Source: Somniosus microcephalus
Taxonomy: Eukaryota
Direction: 5' to 3'
DNA length: 64,000 bases
Assembly (NCBI GenBank): GCA_052327205.1
Contig: JBMRGM010000043.1
Coordinates: 31,434,001 to 31,498,000, forward strand
This document shows positions 25,921 to 38,744 of the stretch, piece after piece (position 1 is the first letter of the stretch; each line of letters opens with the position of its first letter). The position numbers were made by a program, and so were the translations under genes. Under the pieces are notes generated by a model. It was not told the origin of the DNA and searched no databases. It saw only the letters and a list, made by a program, of their open reading frames with translations.

Positions 25921-26769
25921 AATTTAACATGGCTTCTCTGCTTTTCAATGCATTTCCTCTAGAAATGCACTTCAATACTTTGGTAGCATTTTTAGGGCCT
26001 TGTCAAATTGCGTTACTAATTTTAATGATTTGTGAATGTGTACCCCTGGATACCTTTGCTCCTCTGCCACATTTAGATTCTTATTTTGCGAGGATAAAGT
26101 GCTTCCTCATTCCTTCTACCAAAATTCACAAACTAACTATGTTAAAATTCGCTTGCCATGTAGATGCCCATTCAGCATGATTATTACCGTCTTTTTATAT
26201 TTTATCGTGCTTCGACAATAACTTTTTATCGCTGAATAATAAATATAATGTTAAGAAATATTCCCTGTTGTTCACAGATTGAGACATAAGTGTAAGTCTA
26301 TTCACTAGGATTTCAACCAAACCTTCTGCTAATTCAATGCACAAATAAAGTGGCTTTAGTTTGAAACTGGGCAATGACCATGCCTTTCTGCCGGTGTTTC
26401 ACTGGAGACTCTCTCCCAATGATTGGGTAGGACGGGGAGGAAAAATGTATTTCTGGTGTCTTTCACTCATATTCCGGTGCATATTTAAAATATATATATT
26501 TATTTTAATCAATAAGTATTCTTGGATGCAGCACAATATGAATATGGTAACAATTAATTCTGAAGATGGCTCCAAAATGATTAATTACTTTTTCGGAAAA
26601 TTAGAGAATGTAATAACAAAAAATTTGTTAGTTTCTTATGGGCATTCCATATATTTATATAGCGCATTCTCAGTCTGTTTTAATCTACCTATCGAACTAA
26701 CTCTCTGTGTTTGACTTACGACCTATCTAAATATCTGTCTGTTTCTTCATCCTCAGTCTAACAAATAAT

Positions 26770-28140
26770 CAAAGGCATGCATCAATAGGACAGTTTTAGT
26801 TCCAATGATAGATTTTATCAGTAGAATCGTACAGGTACCAACCATAGAACTCTTTCAGTCGGCAAGTATATGTAATCAACATAGGCCTGTACAAGTAGGA
26901 GTATAAAGTTTGAAAAATGTTCCTGTAACAAAAGGACAGTATACTCACTAATCAAAGATCTGCAGCACTAGGACAATATAAACAGTCATTAAAATATCTG
27001 AGCCAGTATGACAGTTAAGTTATTAATCAAAGGCCTGTACCAATAGGACAGTATAGATAATGATTAGAGACCTGCAGCAGTCGGACATTATAGGCACTAG
27101 TCATAGACCTGTAGCAAAAGGACAGATATTGGCCCAGAAATTCGGGTCTCCATGGGTGAGTACGCACGGGGTACTCACCAGTAAGGCCGATGGAAGTGCC
27201 GGTTTCCTGCATGCACTGCGCATTCGCGGGAAACCGGCACTTCCTTTCCACTGAAAGCAGGGGTTCAGAGGTCACGTGCGCGGGGGAGGCTGCGTGTGCG
27301 CATCTAACTTACGTTTTTCTTACAGGTTTTTCCGTGAGGGTAAGTCTGCAGAATTTAGAAATACAAAAAGCAGGCGTAAGGTCTGCTTCTTACAAGGTAA
27401 ATGGTGAATTAATTAAATTAAAACATTTTTTTCCACAGGTTTATTATTTTTAAATACTTTACAGCTAGGTAAGTTGATTATTAGTCCCGTTAGAATAAAA
27501 AAATATTTTTTTCAAAAATTTCTATTATTGTTTAAAATAGTTATTTCTTGTAATTTATAGTTTGTTTAGTGCTATTTTGGGGCCGTAGCACTTCCTGTCA
27601 AGACTTATGAATGGAGCATTCCCTGCTCCGATTGGCTGCTCATGGCCCAAGTAATCCCAGGGGACGCTTCAAACTAACTGTGCCCCTGGGATACGCAAGC
27701 ACTGTGCGCCGGCAGTTTGACCAGGACCCGGATCGGAATCCCACGACTCAACCGCTGGCGCGCTAGGTTAGTGCAGATCAGGGGCTTACACCCGCAGGAA
27801 GCAACCGACCTACAATTCTGGGCCAATGTAATGAGCAATGACCGGCACCTCTAGGGCTATATATGTGCTAATAACGAACGGCACGGTTAGTAAATTACAG
27901 GTTGCTTATCCAGTAGCTCTGTATCGGTCCCAGTCATAGACCAACACCAATGGAACTGTGCAGATTCTAATTAGAGTTTGCCACAATATTATAGATTGGG
28001 TATTTATCGGAGATCTGTGCAAAGAGGACAGTATAGCTACTAATAGCTGGCCTGTACTAGAAGTCGTGTCTAAGTACTGATCATATACATTCTGCAGTAG
28101 GACAGTCGAGGCAGCAATCATAGACCTGCACCAGTAGGTG
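26770..28140. repeat. Degenerate ~36-bp minisatellite, interrupted by MITE (paralog 56635-57260)
   Basis: Recurring agacctgcaccagtaggacagtata-like unit. Confidence 0.65.
27128..27827. mobile_element. MITE-like non-autonomous element
   Basis: Terminal inverted repeat attggcccagaa / ttctgggccaat; absent at the paralogous site ~56940. Confidence 0.75.
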
Positions 28141-28916
28141 ATACCTACAGTGAGCCCGAGAGAGGAACAATATTGTGTGGCTCAAGGAGATGCCCCATTT
28201 AAGCCTCGTTTTGGGCTTCAGTTATTTGAGAGTCGAATCACCTATTTGCTGAACATTATTGACGGAATTAAGCTCTCGGGACTTAAATGGTTAATCGTGC
28301 CAGGGTGTACCACCTCCCTTACCCCTCTACCATTGTACCAGGCCACATACACAGAGCGGGAGTTGACCACTTCCCTAAGCCCGTGAAAAAAACAAGCCTT
28401 CACCCTGGGGCCACAGACCAGGCCAGTCTCTCTGTTAACGTTATAAACTGCGGTTAGAATAAATCATATTTGAAACAGTTTGAACAGGTTACTACGGCCT
28501 GGATTCCAACTGTTCGCTTCTGATAAGAATTCAGTTTAAAACTGACAGGGCTCAGGTAACTTTTCAGCGTTAGGGTGGATTCGTCATCGTGTCCGGTTTA
28601 ATTTCCTCTTGGCTCCAATGTGGTCAGAAGTCACAGTGATCACAGTGTGCAGTCGGCTGGTGCATGGGCAGTGAGCAATACAGCTGCAGACTGCTCTCGG
28701 GGAACTCGCTCCAGCCGCTGTCTCCTCATTCCCCGTAAGTACCGACTCGGGATCTGCGCGTGCGGGCATTTGGTAATGAAGAAGTCGAACAGTGTCAGCG
28801 GCTGAATGTGATTCTATGATATCAGTTTTCAGGTGAACAGAACTGAAAACAGCTGATCCGAAGCGCGGGTCTTCACAGAGGGAGGTGGACTGCTTCTCGG
28901 ATCCCCCGCATTCGAA

Positions 28917-28947
28917 ATGATTCACATCTGTCGCCTTCTGACCTTGT
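28917..28947 (+). CDS. Signal peptide exon S1, gene B
   Basis: ATG..31 nt MIHICRLLTL then GTAAGT, phase 1; paralog at 58073. Confidence 0.72.
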
Positions 28948-29518
28948 GTAAGTAAATCTCAAATATTTCCAGTGCCTTTGAAAATCAACGTCACTCACCC
29001 CTGACCGTTAACCAGATTAATAAGACTCATTCAGTGAGAGGGTGCTTCACAGTAAATTAATATTCAGACTTTATTAAGGTCAAACATTCAATTATACTGC
29101 ATTGAAATGTCATTTCCATGCTTCAGTTTTAATCAGAATTTAGTGGAACAACAGAAATAAGTTTGATTAGTCAGGCAAACAGGATCTTTCTGCTCATCTA
29201 AGGTTGCAGCCGACCTTAGTCACATCTAAACGGTCCAATATTTATTATTTCACCAATTATTTAGCCTCACCTGCAGAAACTGCTTGCACGTTTCTTATTG
29301 TTGTCGTTTTGTTTATTAGAAAAAAATAAATTTTTTATGCGCTTCATCTCAAGTATCAGCGTTGGCTCAGTTGACTCACTCTTACAAATTGCTCTTAATA
29401 CATGCGGTGAGATTTACAGTGCGTGGGTTCTGTGGCTAGATGTTAAACTTGGTCCATGTCATTGCTTGATGATTTCGTGTGCGGCAGGCACGCTTCTTGT
29501 TAACAACTGCCACAGTGC

Positions 29519-29683
29519 GAGAGAGAGAGAGAGAGGGAGAGAGAGAGGCGGAGCGGGAGAGGGAGTCAGTGCGAAAGACAATCAGATAGGGACAGAGAGA
29601 GACAGATAGACAGAGATTGTAAGAAAGTAACAATTAAGCTGTCCACGAAGGAGAGTGACAGAGAGAGAGAGAGAGAGAGAGAG
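29519..29683. repeat. (GA)n microsatellite in intron 1 (paralog 58690-58830)
   Basis: Direct GA runs. Confidence 0.9.
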
Positions 29684-30717
29684 GGCAGGAGTTTTTTTTT
29701 CAACTCAGTTTTGCAGATTCACGATGAAGGGCTGCTTTTATTTTCTGTTGTGAGGGAGAAAATAGACATTAACGGGACGACAACACTTGAGTTAACAAAG
29801 CTGAGGAGAACATATTTACTATGATTATACTTGACCTAAACTGACGGCTTAAGGATGTTTGGCAAGGAAATTTAAAATGCAGCATCTTTAAAATTAATTT
29901 CTGATGCTGTTTATTGGAATTTAGACAGAAATGACTCTTTATGGCCACAGGACATTGAGGCTGCCTTCCTGTGAGATGCTGACGTCAGCGCTCTATTGGC
30001 TTGTTAACCACTGGATCACAAGCCCAGCAAACAGGAACAAACAACAGGGTTTGCATCTTTAATGTACCACCGACTCTTTCACCAGAATCTCATCTATTTT
30101 AGTAACTTGACATTAGTTGTGGGACCATGTTGGTCACAGCTACTTCCACAGATTAATGAGGTAGAGCTTAAAATATGTGAAGTTAACCTCAAGTTGTTCA
30201 TTCTTGAGCATATAATAGGCCCCATGATTTATTTGTTGCACAGCACATGAAACCCACTTTTTGGAAATATTGGCCTAACTGAATGCTTGAAACATTCACC
30301 CTATTGAATCCTAGCTGGACAAAAGTCCCAGGTTCTACATGTTGAACAATGAAATACAGACACATCTGCATTGACCATTGACCCTTTTGCAATTATATTT
30401 GCAAGGTTTGCAGCAGCAGGCATTGCCTTAGTAGTCTGATTCCTGTGGCCTGAGGCGCGACAAAAGCTTCCTGCTGCTTTCTGCTGCTAGCGGCTGGGTC
30501 ATGTATTGTCTTCACGAGTATCAGTTGCAACCCAGGTAATACTTGTGATTCTGAATCGATTAAAGATGAGTTAACTGATGATAGGAACATACCAACAGGA
30601 GTAGGCCATTCAGCCCTTCGACGCTGCTCTGTCATTCAATTATATGATGGTTAATCTGTACCTCCACTCCAATTACCCCACTTTGCTCAACATCCATTGT
30701 TACGCTTACTCAACTCG

Positions 30718-31112
30718 TGTCAGCCGTGGCTCAGTGTATAGCATTCTCGCCTCTGAGTCAGAAGGTTCGTGTGATTCCGGTCCCACTACAGGGACTTGAG
30801 CACAATCAACTAAGCTGATACTCCAGTGCAGTGCTGAGGGAGTGCCGCACTGTCGGATTGGCCGTTTTTTATAATAGACGTTAAAGTGAGGCCCCTTCCA
30901 GGGTGTTTATCCCTGGTGCCCTGGGCAATATTTGTCCCTCAATCAACATGACAAAAACAGATAATCTGGTCATTATCAACATCATTGTGTGAACATTGGC
31001 TGCCACATTTCCTACACTGACTAAACTTTAAAAGTCCTTCATTGGTTTTAAAACGCTTTGGGAAGTTCGGAGGTCTTGAAAGGCGCTATAGGAATGCAAC
31101 TATTTCTTTCAT
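30718..31112 (+). mobile_element. DeuSINE (SacSINE1/AmnSINE1-like), internally deleted; paralog 59862-60245
   Basis: tRNA-like head TGGCTCAGTG, ctccagtgcagtgctgagggagtg, tail gaaaggcgctata..aatgcaa. Confidence 0.75.
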
Positions 31113-31676
31113 TTTTTAACGAAGATCTATCGATCTCCGTCTTGGAAGTACCAATTTACCCGCAAAATCCACAGCGGTTTTTGTAAAGAGCGTTGAAATT
31201 TCTCACTACACATTGTGTGAAAAAGTGCTTCCTGATTTCCATCCTAAATGGCCTATAAACAATTTTAATGAAATATTCCCTTCTCCTTGACAGAACAATC
31301 ACACTCATTGGCTCTCAGAACAATGATACATTTCAATATTTGTCAGTTTCCTTTCATCCGGCAGCAACTTTTCCATATAGTCCTCAGACCATGGGGAACT
31401 TCCACAAAATAACAATTTATCTTTGTCCGTGAGAGGGACAATTGGCATCATTCGATATATTAATATTTTACATTTACTTCAACTGAACTGAATACCTCGT
31501 GGCATGTATGGACTGGCAGCAAATGTGTTTCCGCCTGTTTTGTGTCCCTGCCGAAGTCAAATTTCAACCCCTGGGTGTTTCCTCTATTCAGCTGCCTTAC
31601 AGCTGAGCAGCTGAGGTCAAACTTGAAGATGGTCTCAGATAATGAAACATATTTTACATTGTCTTCTCTCTTGCAG

Positions 31677-31706
31677 TGCAAATTACTCATCAGGCGACCA
31701 CACAAG
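31677..31706 (+). CDS. Signal peptide mini-exon S2, gene B
   Basis: 30 nt, phase 1-1, LQITHQATTQ; strong pyrimidine tract, gcAG / GTATGA; paralog at 60806. Confidence 0.75.
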
Positions 31707-32649
31707 GTATGATGACAATAATGTCCTTTATTGATAATAATCCAGTTGTGGAATGAACGCTTCCAATTTATATCTATAGGACAACAACAATCCAGCAATG
31801 GAGTAATTATCAGCTGTTCGCCCGTGCGTAAAACTGTGGTTCTGGACTCGCCACCTATGAGAAACTTTCGGTCATCATTTTCATTGATTCGGTGGGAATG
31901 TAAAGTGGGCGGTTTCTCTCACGGTCGGCCAATCAGAACCCCAGTTTTAAGCCTCGGCGCCAAGTTTAATGTCTACCACAATATATTAAAGAAAAAGCGA
32001 CCTAGAAATTTGTCTGTGTAACTGCTAGATCATTTAACTGTGGGTTGGCAGCGAGTAATCATAACTGAGTAAATAAATGGATGGATAGATAGACAGTTCT
32101 TTGTTGAAGTAACAGGGAATGCTAATCAAATTAGTGCAGTTCACTGTCGTGTATATAGACTTTCAAAAAATGCCTAATGAAGTACCACACAACTGACTTG
32201 TTCGCAAAAATCGTATTGTTATCATTGCGATTAAGGGGTACGGACAGCGTGGATAAGAAATTGTCTGAGACAAGGAAGCAGAGAATAGTTTTCAATTTTC
32301 GTTTTCTGTGATTGGAAGGGAATATTCAGTGTTATTCATAGTCATAGAGTTATACAGCACAGAAAGAGGCCCTTCGGCCCATCGTGTACACGCCAGCCAT
32401 CAAGCCCTATCTATTCTAATCCCATTTTCGAGCTCTTGGTCCGTAGCCTTGTATGCTGTTGCGTTTCAAGTGCTCATCTGAATGCTTCTTGAATGTTGTG
32501 AGGGTTCCTGCATCTACCATTTCATGATGATATGGAAATATATGGAAAGCGTACTTATTCTGTGTCGCTTTTATGCTTTCGCTAGTAAATCTGATGGGAG
32601 AGTGCATGGAGCACACTCCGACCATTCTGTTCTGCAATGACATACGGGG

Positions 32650-33692
32650 TGGGAGGCGGTGACTAGTGGTGTTTTGCAAGGATCAGTGCTTGGGCACCAG
32701 CTATTCACAATAAATATCAATGATTTGGATGAGGGAACCAAATATAATATTTCCAAGTTTGCTGATGAAATGACACGAGGTGGGATCGTGAGTTGTTATT
32801 AGGAGGCAAAGTGTCTTCAAGGAGATTTAGACAAGTTGAGTGAGTGGGCAAAACCATTGCAGATGCAGCATAACGTGGATAAATGTGAAGTTATCCACTT
32901 CGGTTGGAAAAACAGAAAGGCAGAGTACTAAATAAATGGTGATAGATTGGGAAATGTTCATGTATAAAGGGACCTGTGTGTCCTTGTACCCCAAACACTG
33001 AAAGCAAATATGCAGGTACAGCAAGCAGTTAGGAAGGCAAGTGGTATGTTGATATTCATTGCAAGAGGATTTGAGTACAGGAGCAAGGATGTCTTTCTAC
33101 AGTTATAGAGGGCCTTGGTGAGACAACACCTGGAGTACTGTGTGCAGTTTTGGTCTCCTTGCCTAAGAAAGGATGTACTTGACATAGAGGGAGTGCAGCG
33201 AAAGTTCACCAGACTGGTTGCCGGGATGGCAGGACTGTCGTATGAGGACAGACTGGGTCGACTAGGCCTGTGTTCACTACAGTTTAGAAGAATGTGTGGA
33301 TCTCATTGAAACGGTTAAAATTCTGGCAGGGCTACGCAGACTGGATGCAGGGAGGATGTTTCCCCTGGCTGGCGTGTCTAGAACGAGGGGTCACAGTCTC
33401 AGGATACGGGGTAGGAAGTTTAGGACTGAGACGAGGAGAAACGTCTTCACTCATAGGGTGGTGAACCTGTGGAATTCTCTACCACAGAAGGCTGTGGAGG
33501 GCGAGTCACTGAATATATTTAAGAAGGGGATAGATAGATTTCTAGACACAAAAGGCATCAAGGGGCATGGGGAGAGAGCTGGAATATGTTTGTGAGACGT
33601 AGGATCTGCCATGATCATATTGAATGGCAGAGCATGCTCGAAGGGCTGAATGGCCTACTCCTTCTCCTATTTTTCCATGTTTCTGTGTTTCT
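32650..33692 (+). mobile_element. CR1 3' fragment, gene B intron 2
   Basis: QGSVLG, KFADE, HLEYCVQFWSP, WNSLP; TTCTGTGT-type tail. Confidence 0.9.
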
Positions 33693-34005
33693 AAGCTGGG
33701 TCCGGTGTAAATCACAAAATCCTGATTTGCATGGTGACAGAGGAGTACCGCCAGGAAAAGGCAGGTGCTTCTGCCGCCCAAAGGTCGGCCATTCTAAAAG
33801 TTTAAGCAGCCAGGGAGTTTCCGTTTACAACGTGCTGAGGTCGATATCAACGATGTAAAGTCATCACCAACTCAAAAGATCGATCCATGGGCACCCGATA
33901 GGTAGCGCCCATTTTGGACAGCGACTAGAAATTCTCTGTAGTGGATATTGCACAGATTAGTTTCAACAATTCTAATCAGAACATTATTTTATTTTCATTC
34001 TACAG

Positions 34006-34260
34006 CCCATGTCCCAGAAGTAGTCCTTAGCAATCCGAGCGATGGAATCGTGAAAGAAGGGGAGACATTTTACCTGCATTGTCGATACAGAGGCATGAAT
34101 AAATGGGCTTATTGGTATAAAGATGAGACTTATATTCATTTTAAATATATGTTCTTTGAAAGATATGCAGATAGTCGCAGTGGAGCGTCTTACCAGTGTT
34201 CAGTGCCGCCGCCTTGGTCCTCCTCTGAGAAGAGTAAACCTCTGGATTTAGTCACCATTG
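34006..34260 (+). CDS. Ig exon D1, gene B
   Basis: 255 nt, AHVPEVVL..EGETFYLHC..YWYKD..GASYQC..LDLVTI; cAG / GTAGGT. Confidence 0.88.
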
Positions 34261-36076
34261 GTAGGTAAACTTCGACACCAATGATCATAGCTCAGTTTTA
34301 GTCGAGAAATGTGTCGCTTATAAAGGGGCCTCACAGTCAAATATAGTACAGGATATCAAGCACATGCAATACTGGGATAAAATTGGACCACTGGGCAGAA
34401 GTGTATCTTCATCCCTCCTCCTAACAGGGGGACCTCTCGGTTTCCCCAGAGTTGAAATATATGCCGCTATTTTGTGCGGTAGTATCAGCCAGTTTCACCT
34501 CCCATTTATATCACATTAACTTCAATTGAAATATCGCACAGAGTCTAAATCTACCCAAATTCTTACATGTTGTTAGGTCAATCAAATGTTATTTATTTCA
34601 AGAGAGACCTTAAACCGCTAATTGTGCATGGAACAGCGGCTCTCTAAAACAGCAGATACGAGAAAGCCACCGTTAATATCTCCTAGAGTAATTTTAAGAC
34701 TGTGTTGAAAGCTTAAATTCTATTTCCAAAGTTCAAACTACAAAATCTGTGATCTGCAAACTAGTTTATATTAATAATAATGACATCTGAGAATTGCTGT
34801 GTCGCCTTCTGGCTGCGTTGTGTCGCTGGTCTGATATGCAATGACTTCTCCATTTAAACATTACTTCATCCTCTGCGAAGTAGGTTGTAGGGTGACCCAT
34901 CACAGGTTTAAAATCCAACTTTGGTGGAAGCACGTAATGGGCTCTACTCTCTCCAACCCTGTTACAAATCAAATGTAAAAGTCATAAAACCGACTGCTGT
35001 TTCGTATTCGCTCATTTGCCGCCAATGTGTATTGCAAATTTATACCGGAGTGGGAATAACTTTACCTTTCATCGCAGGGTGAAATAAACAGGCGAGGTCC
35101 AATCAATCGCCATGTTTTAGATTCAGGTGGAGTCGCATTTCTATTTACTTCAGTGTTAAATAAATCGAGAGTGGTTTGAAACTTATGGCTGCTCCATTAC
35201 TGCCCTTTGGCCTCTTGGCGGTAAAAGTGAAAAGTAGCTCAAGTGTATCCTCCCGGCGCTCCCCTGGGATCAGGATTGGTTGGAAGTGCATCTGCAGACC
35301 CGAGGCATGGTGAGAAGTGGAGTGTACATTTATCTTGTGTCTCTCAGAAAACAAATTATTATGAGGTGCAACGAATGCTTTTATCTAGGTAATAAGCAAT
35401 GCTAGAAAAATTGTTGATAGGTGACTAACTAGGGGCGCTCCTTGAGCACTGCCACAAGTTTATTGTATGTGCAGTGCAAAAACCCTTTACATACATAAAT
35501 GGGGTTCCCTTCCGCACACCTGGCGAAGTTACAGCGGAGGAGCGAAGGCAGGAAATTGCCCTGTGTTTCCACAAAAGGTAATGGGACAATGAGCAGCTAA
35601 TTTGTTTGGTCTTGCTGGACGAACGAGCAATACCCCAGGACACTGGAACGACTTCTTCGTCTTGGCGTCGTTCAATGGGATTTTTAACTGATATCAGAAG
35701 CACCTGAACAGGTGAAAGCGGCCACGGTTTTAATATCTTGATTCCACAACATTTACAAATACCAGACGTTTATTTAGAGAGGGCTGGGCATCTGCCTGGC
35801 TGTTGAATCGATCCTCGCCATTGAACTTCGTTGATGAAACCTTGAAGGGCAATATGAGCAGTGATAGCTCAGCATTAGAAAGGGAACGGTCACTCTCTGA
35901 ACCAATAAACATTAGTTTGGCTTTTCAGGTCTTAAAATTACTTTTAGTTACTGAGGTGATACCGATTGCTCTGGATATTGAGCTGCACTTTCAAGCCAAT
36001 GTTTTTTAACATTGAAGAAGGGTGCTTTAACATATTTTAATTTGTATTTCGTTCATATGTTTCACTTTTTTTGCAG

Positions 36077-36343
36077 CTTCTGATATGAATTTAACTCTGG
36101 AAGTGAATCCAACATCCGCACTGTCAGGTGACAGTATTATCCTGAAATGTTTGATGCCTTCCTGGAAATGGAGAGGAGGTTTTCCCTTCCTGTGGTATCG
36201 AGATAAACAGTTAATAGCAGAAACTGACGAATCTCAGTACACCATAGAAAACGCAAAAGAGTCAGATACGGCACCATATCGGTGTGAACTCAAAATACGT
36301 TACAGGAAGTGGATCTCCCCGGATGTAACCATCACCATAAAAA
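36077..36343 (+). CDS. Ig exon D2, gene B
   Basis: 267 nt, ASDMNLTLEVNP..GDSIILKC..LWYRD..DTAPYRC..SPDVTITIK; gcAG / GTTGGT. Confidence 0.85.
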
Positions 36344-36429
36344 GTTGGTCACTGCTTTTCTTTTTCATTTTCTTTATTTGATCTGGTAATGAGCTGTTGA
36401 AGGATGTGAAGTATTCTAAGAATCCTTGG

Positions 36430-36735
36430 CTTATATATGACTGCACAACCACAGAAATGTGGTTGACTCTAAATCCCCTCTGAAATGGCCTGGCAAGCTA
36501 CTAAGTTTTATCAAAGCACGAGAAAAAACTGTAAGATTAAAACTTGGAGGAACACCTGGCATTGAACAAGGCATCATATTCGGACACAGATAAGACACAC
36601 AGTCAACCCTGCAAAGCCCTCCTCCCTAACATCTGGGGACTTCTGCAAAAATTGGGACAGCTGTCCCACAGACCAGTCAAGCAATAGCCTGTCATAGTGA
36701 TGATCACAGAATCATACCTTCCAACCAATGTGGTG
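36430..36735 (+). mobile_element. LINE fragment including start of an endonuclease domain
   Basis: Translates as NIWGLLQKLGQLSHRPVKQ*PVIVMITESYL, an APE N-terminal pattern. Confidence 0.55.
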
Positions 36736-37131
36736 GCTGGGTGGTGACAGAGTGATGTAACTGTGAATATTTGCAGAATTCACAGTGATCATAGTAGATG
36801 TTGAGACACAGCAGGGAATAGCGAAAAGAGCAAAGTTCTATTGAAGGATTCATACTTGAATAAGTCTTGCACAGCGTGGAGTTCCTGTATCAGCAGAATA
36901 TATTAAGCAGATTAAGTTCTCCGCAAACAAAGCAGCGAGTGCAAATCCATAACAATATAGTAATGCTGCCTACTGGAGTGTTCCACAATACAGCTGCTGG
37001 TTACCATTTAGTACAGTCGCACCTCGTGGTGGTTCTTGGTATATCCTTGCTCTTGTTATCAATAATCTCTGCTATTTGTTTAACTATATGAGATGAATTC
37101 TTACCTCCCAATCCATATTCTGTTTTCACCG

Positions 37132-37409
37132 AACTCTTCTCCAAACCTAAACTGAGGACTGAGCCTACAGTTAAAATATTTGAGGTAGATCAGTTAAAAT
37201 TCATTTTTTTTATTGAAACAATGCTGTTCAATATTAGGCTTCAATACACATTTCACAAAAATGGCAAAGCTCTGCAGTTGAATTCATACATCAACTCTAA
37301 GCACATGGGGGCAGCTTCTTTGAAGGGCTCGGTGACTTAGCCTTGTTGAGCAAATGCTTTCTACCACCGTGATAACAACAGAGTGATGAGGTTTCCATTA
37401 CGGTAGAAG
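37132..37409 (+). pseudogene. Ig pseudo-exon (ELFSKPKL type), gene B
   Basis: Acceptor AG changed to CG, first Cys to Phe, in-frame TAG and TGA near the second Cys. Confidence 0.85.
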
Positions 37410-38744
37410 GTAAATAGAACCAGCTGTAATTACTGTTCATCTTTCATTTAAAGTATTTTTCAGGGGATTATAGATAAATAAATATACGGGAGGGATCCAA
37501 TGTGGAAAAAGATTTACTCCCAGCTTTATCACATAATAAATCAATTTTGGATGTGATCTGTTTAAATCAAAGCGCCACCTGGTTCTATATAAAATCCATA
37601 CATTTACTGAAACCCACACTTGTAATAGCTGCAACGTTTGAAGACCAGTGTCCACTCCCAGTGGCTAATATTAGCTTCCTGCAATAGTGTCGAATGGGCG
37701 ATACTGAATTTGCCTCCCATTATATGTCCCTCCCGTGTTTGCGTCGCATCATTATCATTGGACAGGAACATCGTGCGTGGTGTACAATTGGTGCAAGATT
37801 CGATACCATGCGTTTTACACCATGGATCCAAGGTCAAGTTACCTCCTCTGTTTCTGTCTGACTGAATCAGCAACGAGCAGAACCTGGTCAGGAACAGCAC
37901 GGTGTTTAATCAGACAGTGCCTTACCACTTACTAGTCCCGGCAATCGTTGCTAGCTGAAATCTCGGTGCTAAAATTTAACTTGGAGAGTGCAGTAGATAA
38001 TTGGCAGACAAGGAAATCGAATTTCACCTGTGTGTAGATAGTATGGCCAATGAGCTACTACCGGTTTTGCACCCCAGACAAACTTGAATTTCCACCCCTC
38101 CAATTTCAGTAGAGGGGGATGACGGGGTGGCAAAACGCCGGAGGCTATTGAAGGCTGAGCCCCTGATGTCCGGCCTCTCGATTGCGTTCAGTTAGAATCT
38201 GCCAATCATAACTCTATCTTTACATTTTAAAAGGAGCAGGCAATCAGAACACCAAGTGGGTGTTATCGATCCTGTGTCATCAGTGCATTTTCAAAGAATT
38301 GCATTGTCCATAGCTGAGCGTTTAACATGAATGTCCTAAAATGTGAAGGTGCTGCAACAATGACCAATGAGGTTTCAGTATTTAAGACTTGGGCATAAAG
38401 CATCGCCTGGGCGGAGAGCAGAGTCCAAAATCTGAGTGGGGGGAATGGGGTGGGCTGAAGAGGGATAATCTCACAGGACCCGCAGAGTGTTTCCTCCATT
38501 CATTTTAACGGAAGGGTTAACTTCTCCCCAAATCTAGCCACGAGAGTATGTTCAGATGTCGGTGTTCCAAAGTGCATCTTCCTATAAACAGAGTGCAACC
38601 AAGGATTATTGAACGGCTCTTTCTTTGAACCGCTGTCAGCATTTCATTGCTCTGATCATTAACTTGTGTTATCCAAACAAATACTTTCATAAATCTTTGA
38701 GAGATGCTTCAGCTGGTAAATCTATTTTTTACTCTATTTTATAG

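Larger units (their letters stand above)
6800..32320 (+). repeat. Segmental tandem duplication unit, paralogous to ~37030-61420
   Basis: Collinear intron, exon and intergenic similarity throughout; offsets 31169 (TM), 30144 (last exon), 29156 (S1); boundaries approximate. Confidence 0.9.

Noticed and set aside
26770-28140. CRISPR-like array
   Set aside because: Whole unit is degenerate with no identical repeats and unique spacers, no cas genes, vertebrate context
28584-28925. Minus-strand 113-aa ORF with a paralog at 57797-58081
   Set aside because: Antisense to the 5' UTR/promoter, frames diverge between copies, no recognisable domain; similarity is explained by the duplication
29724-29749. 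Alternative leader exon MKGCFYFL followed by GTGAG
   Set aside because: Donor is phase 2, incompatible with the phase-1 mini-exon and Ig exons
35590-35900. Possible minus-strand DeuSINE remnant
   Set aside because: Too degraded to delimit or support by eye
33948-36381. Rearranging V segments of Ig, TCR or IgNAR
   Set aside because: Short C2/I-type Cys spacing, exons end in splice donors, and I noticed no heptamer-nonamer RSS next to them
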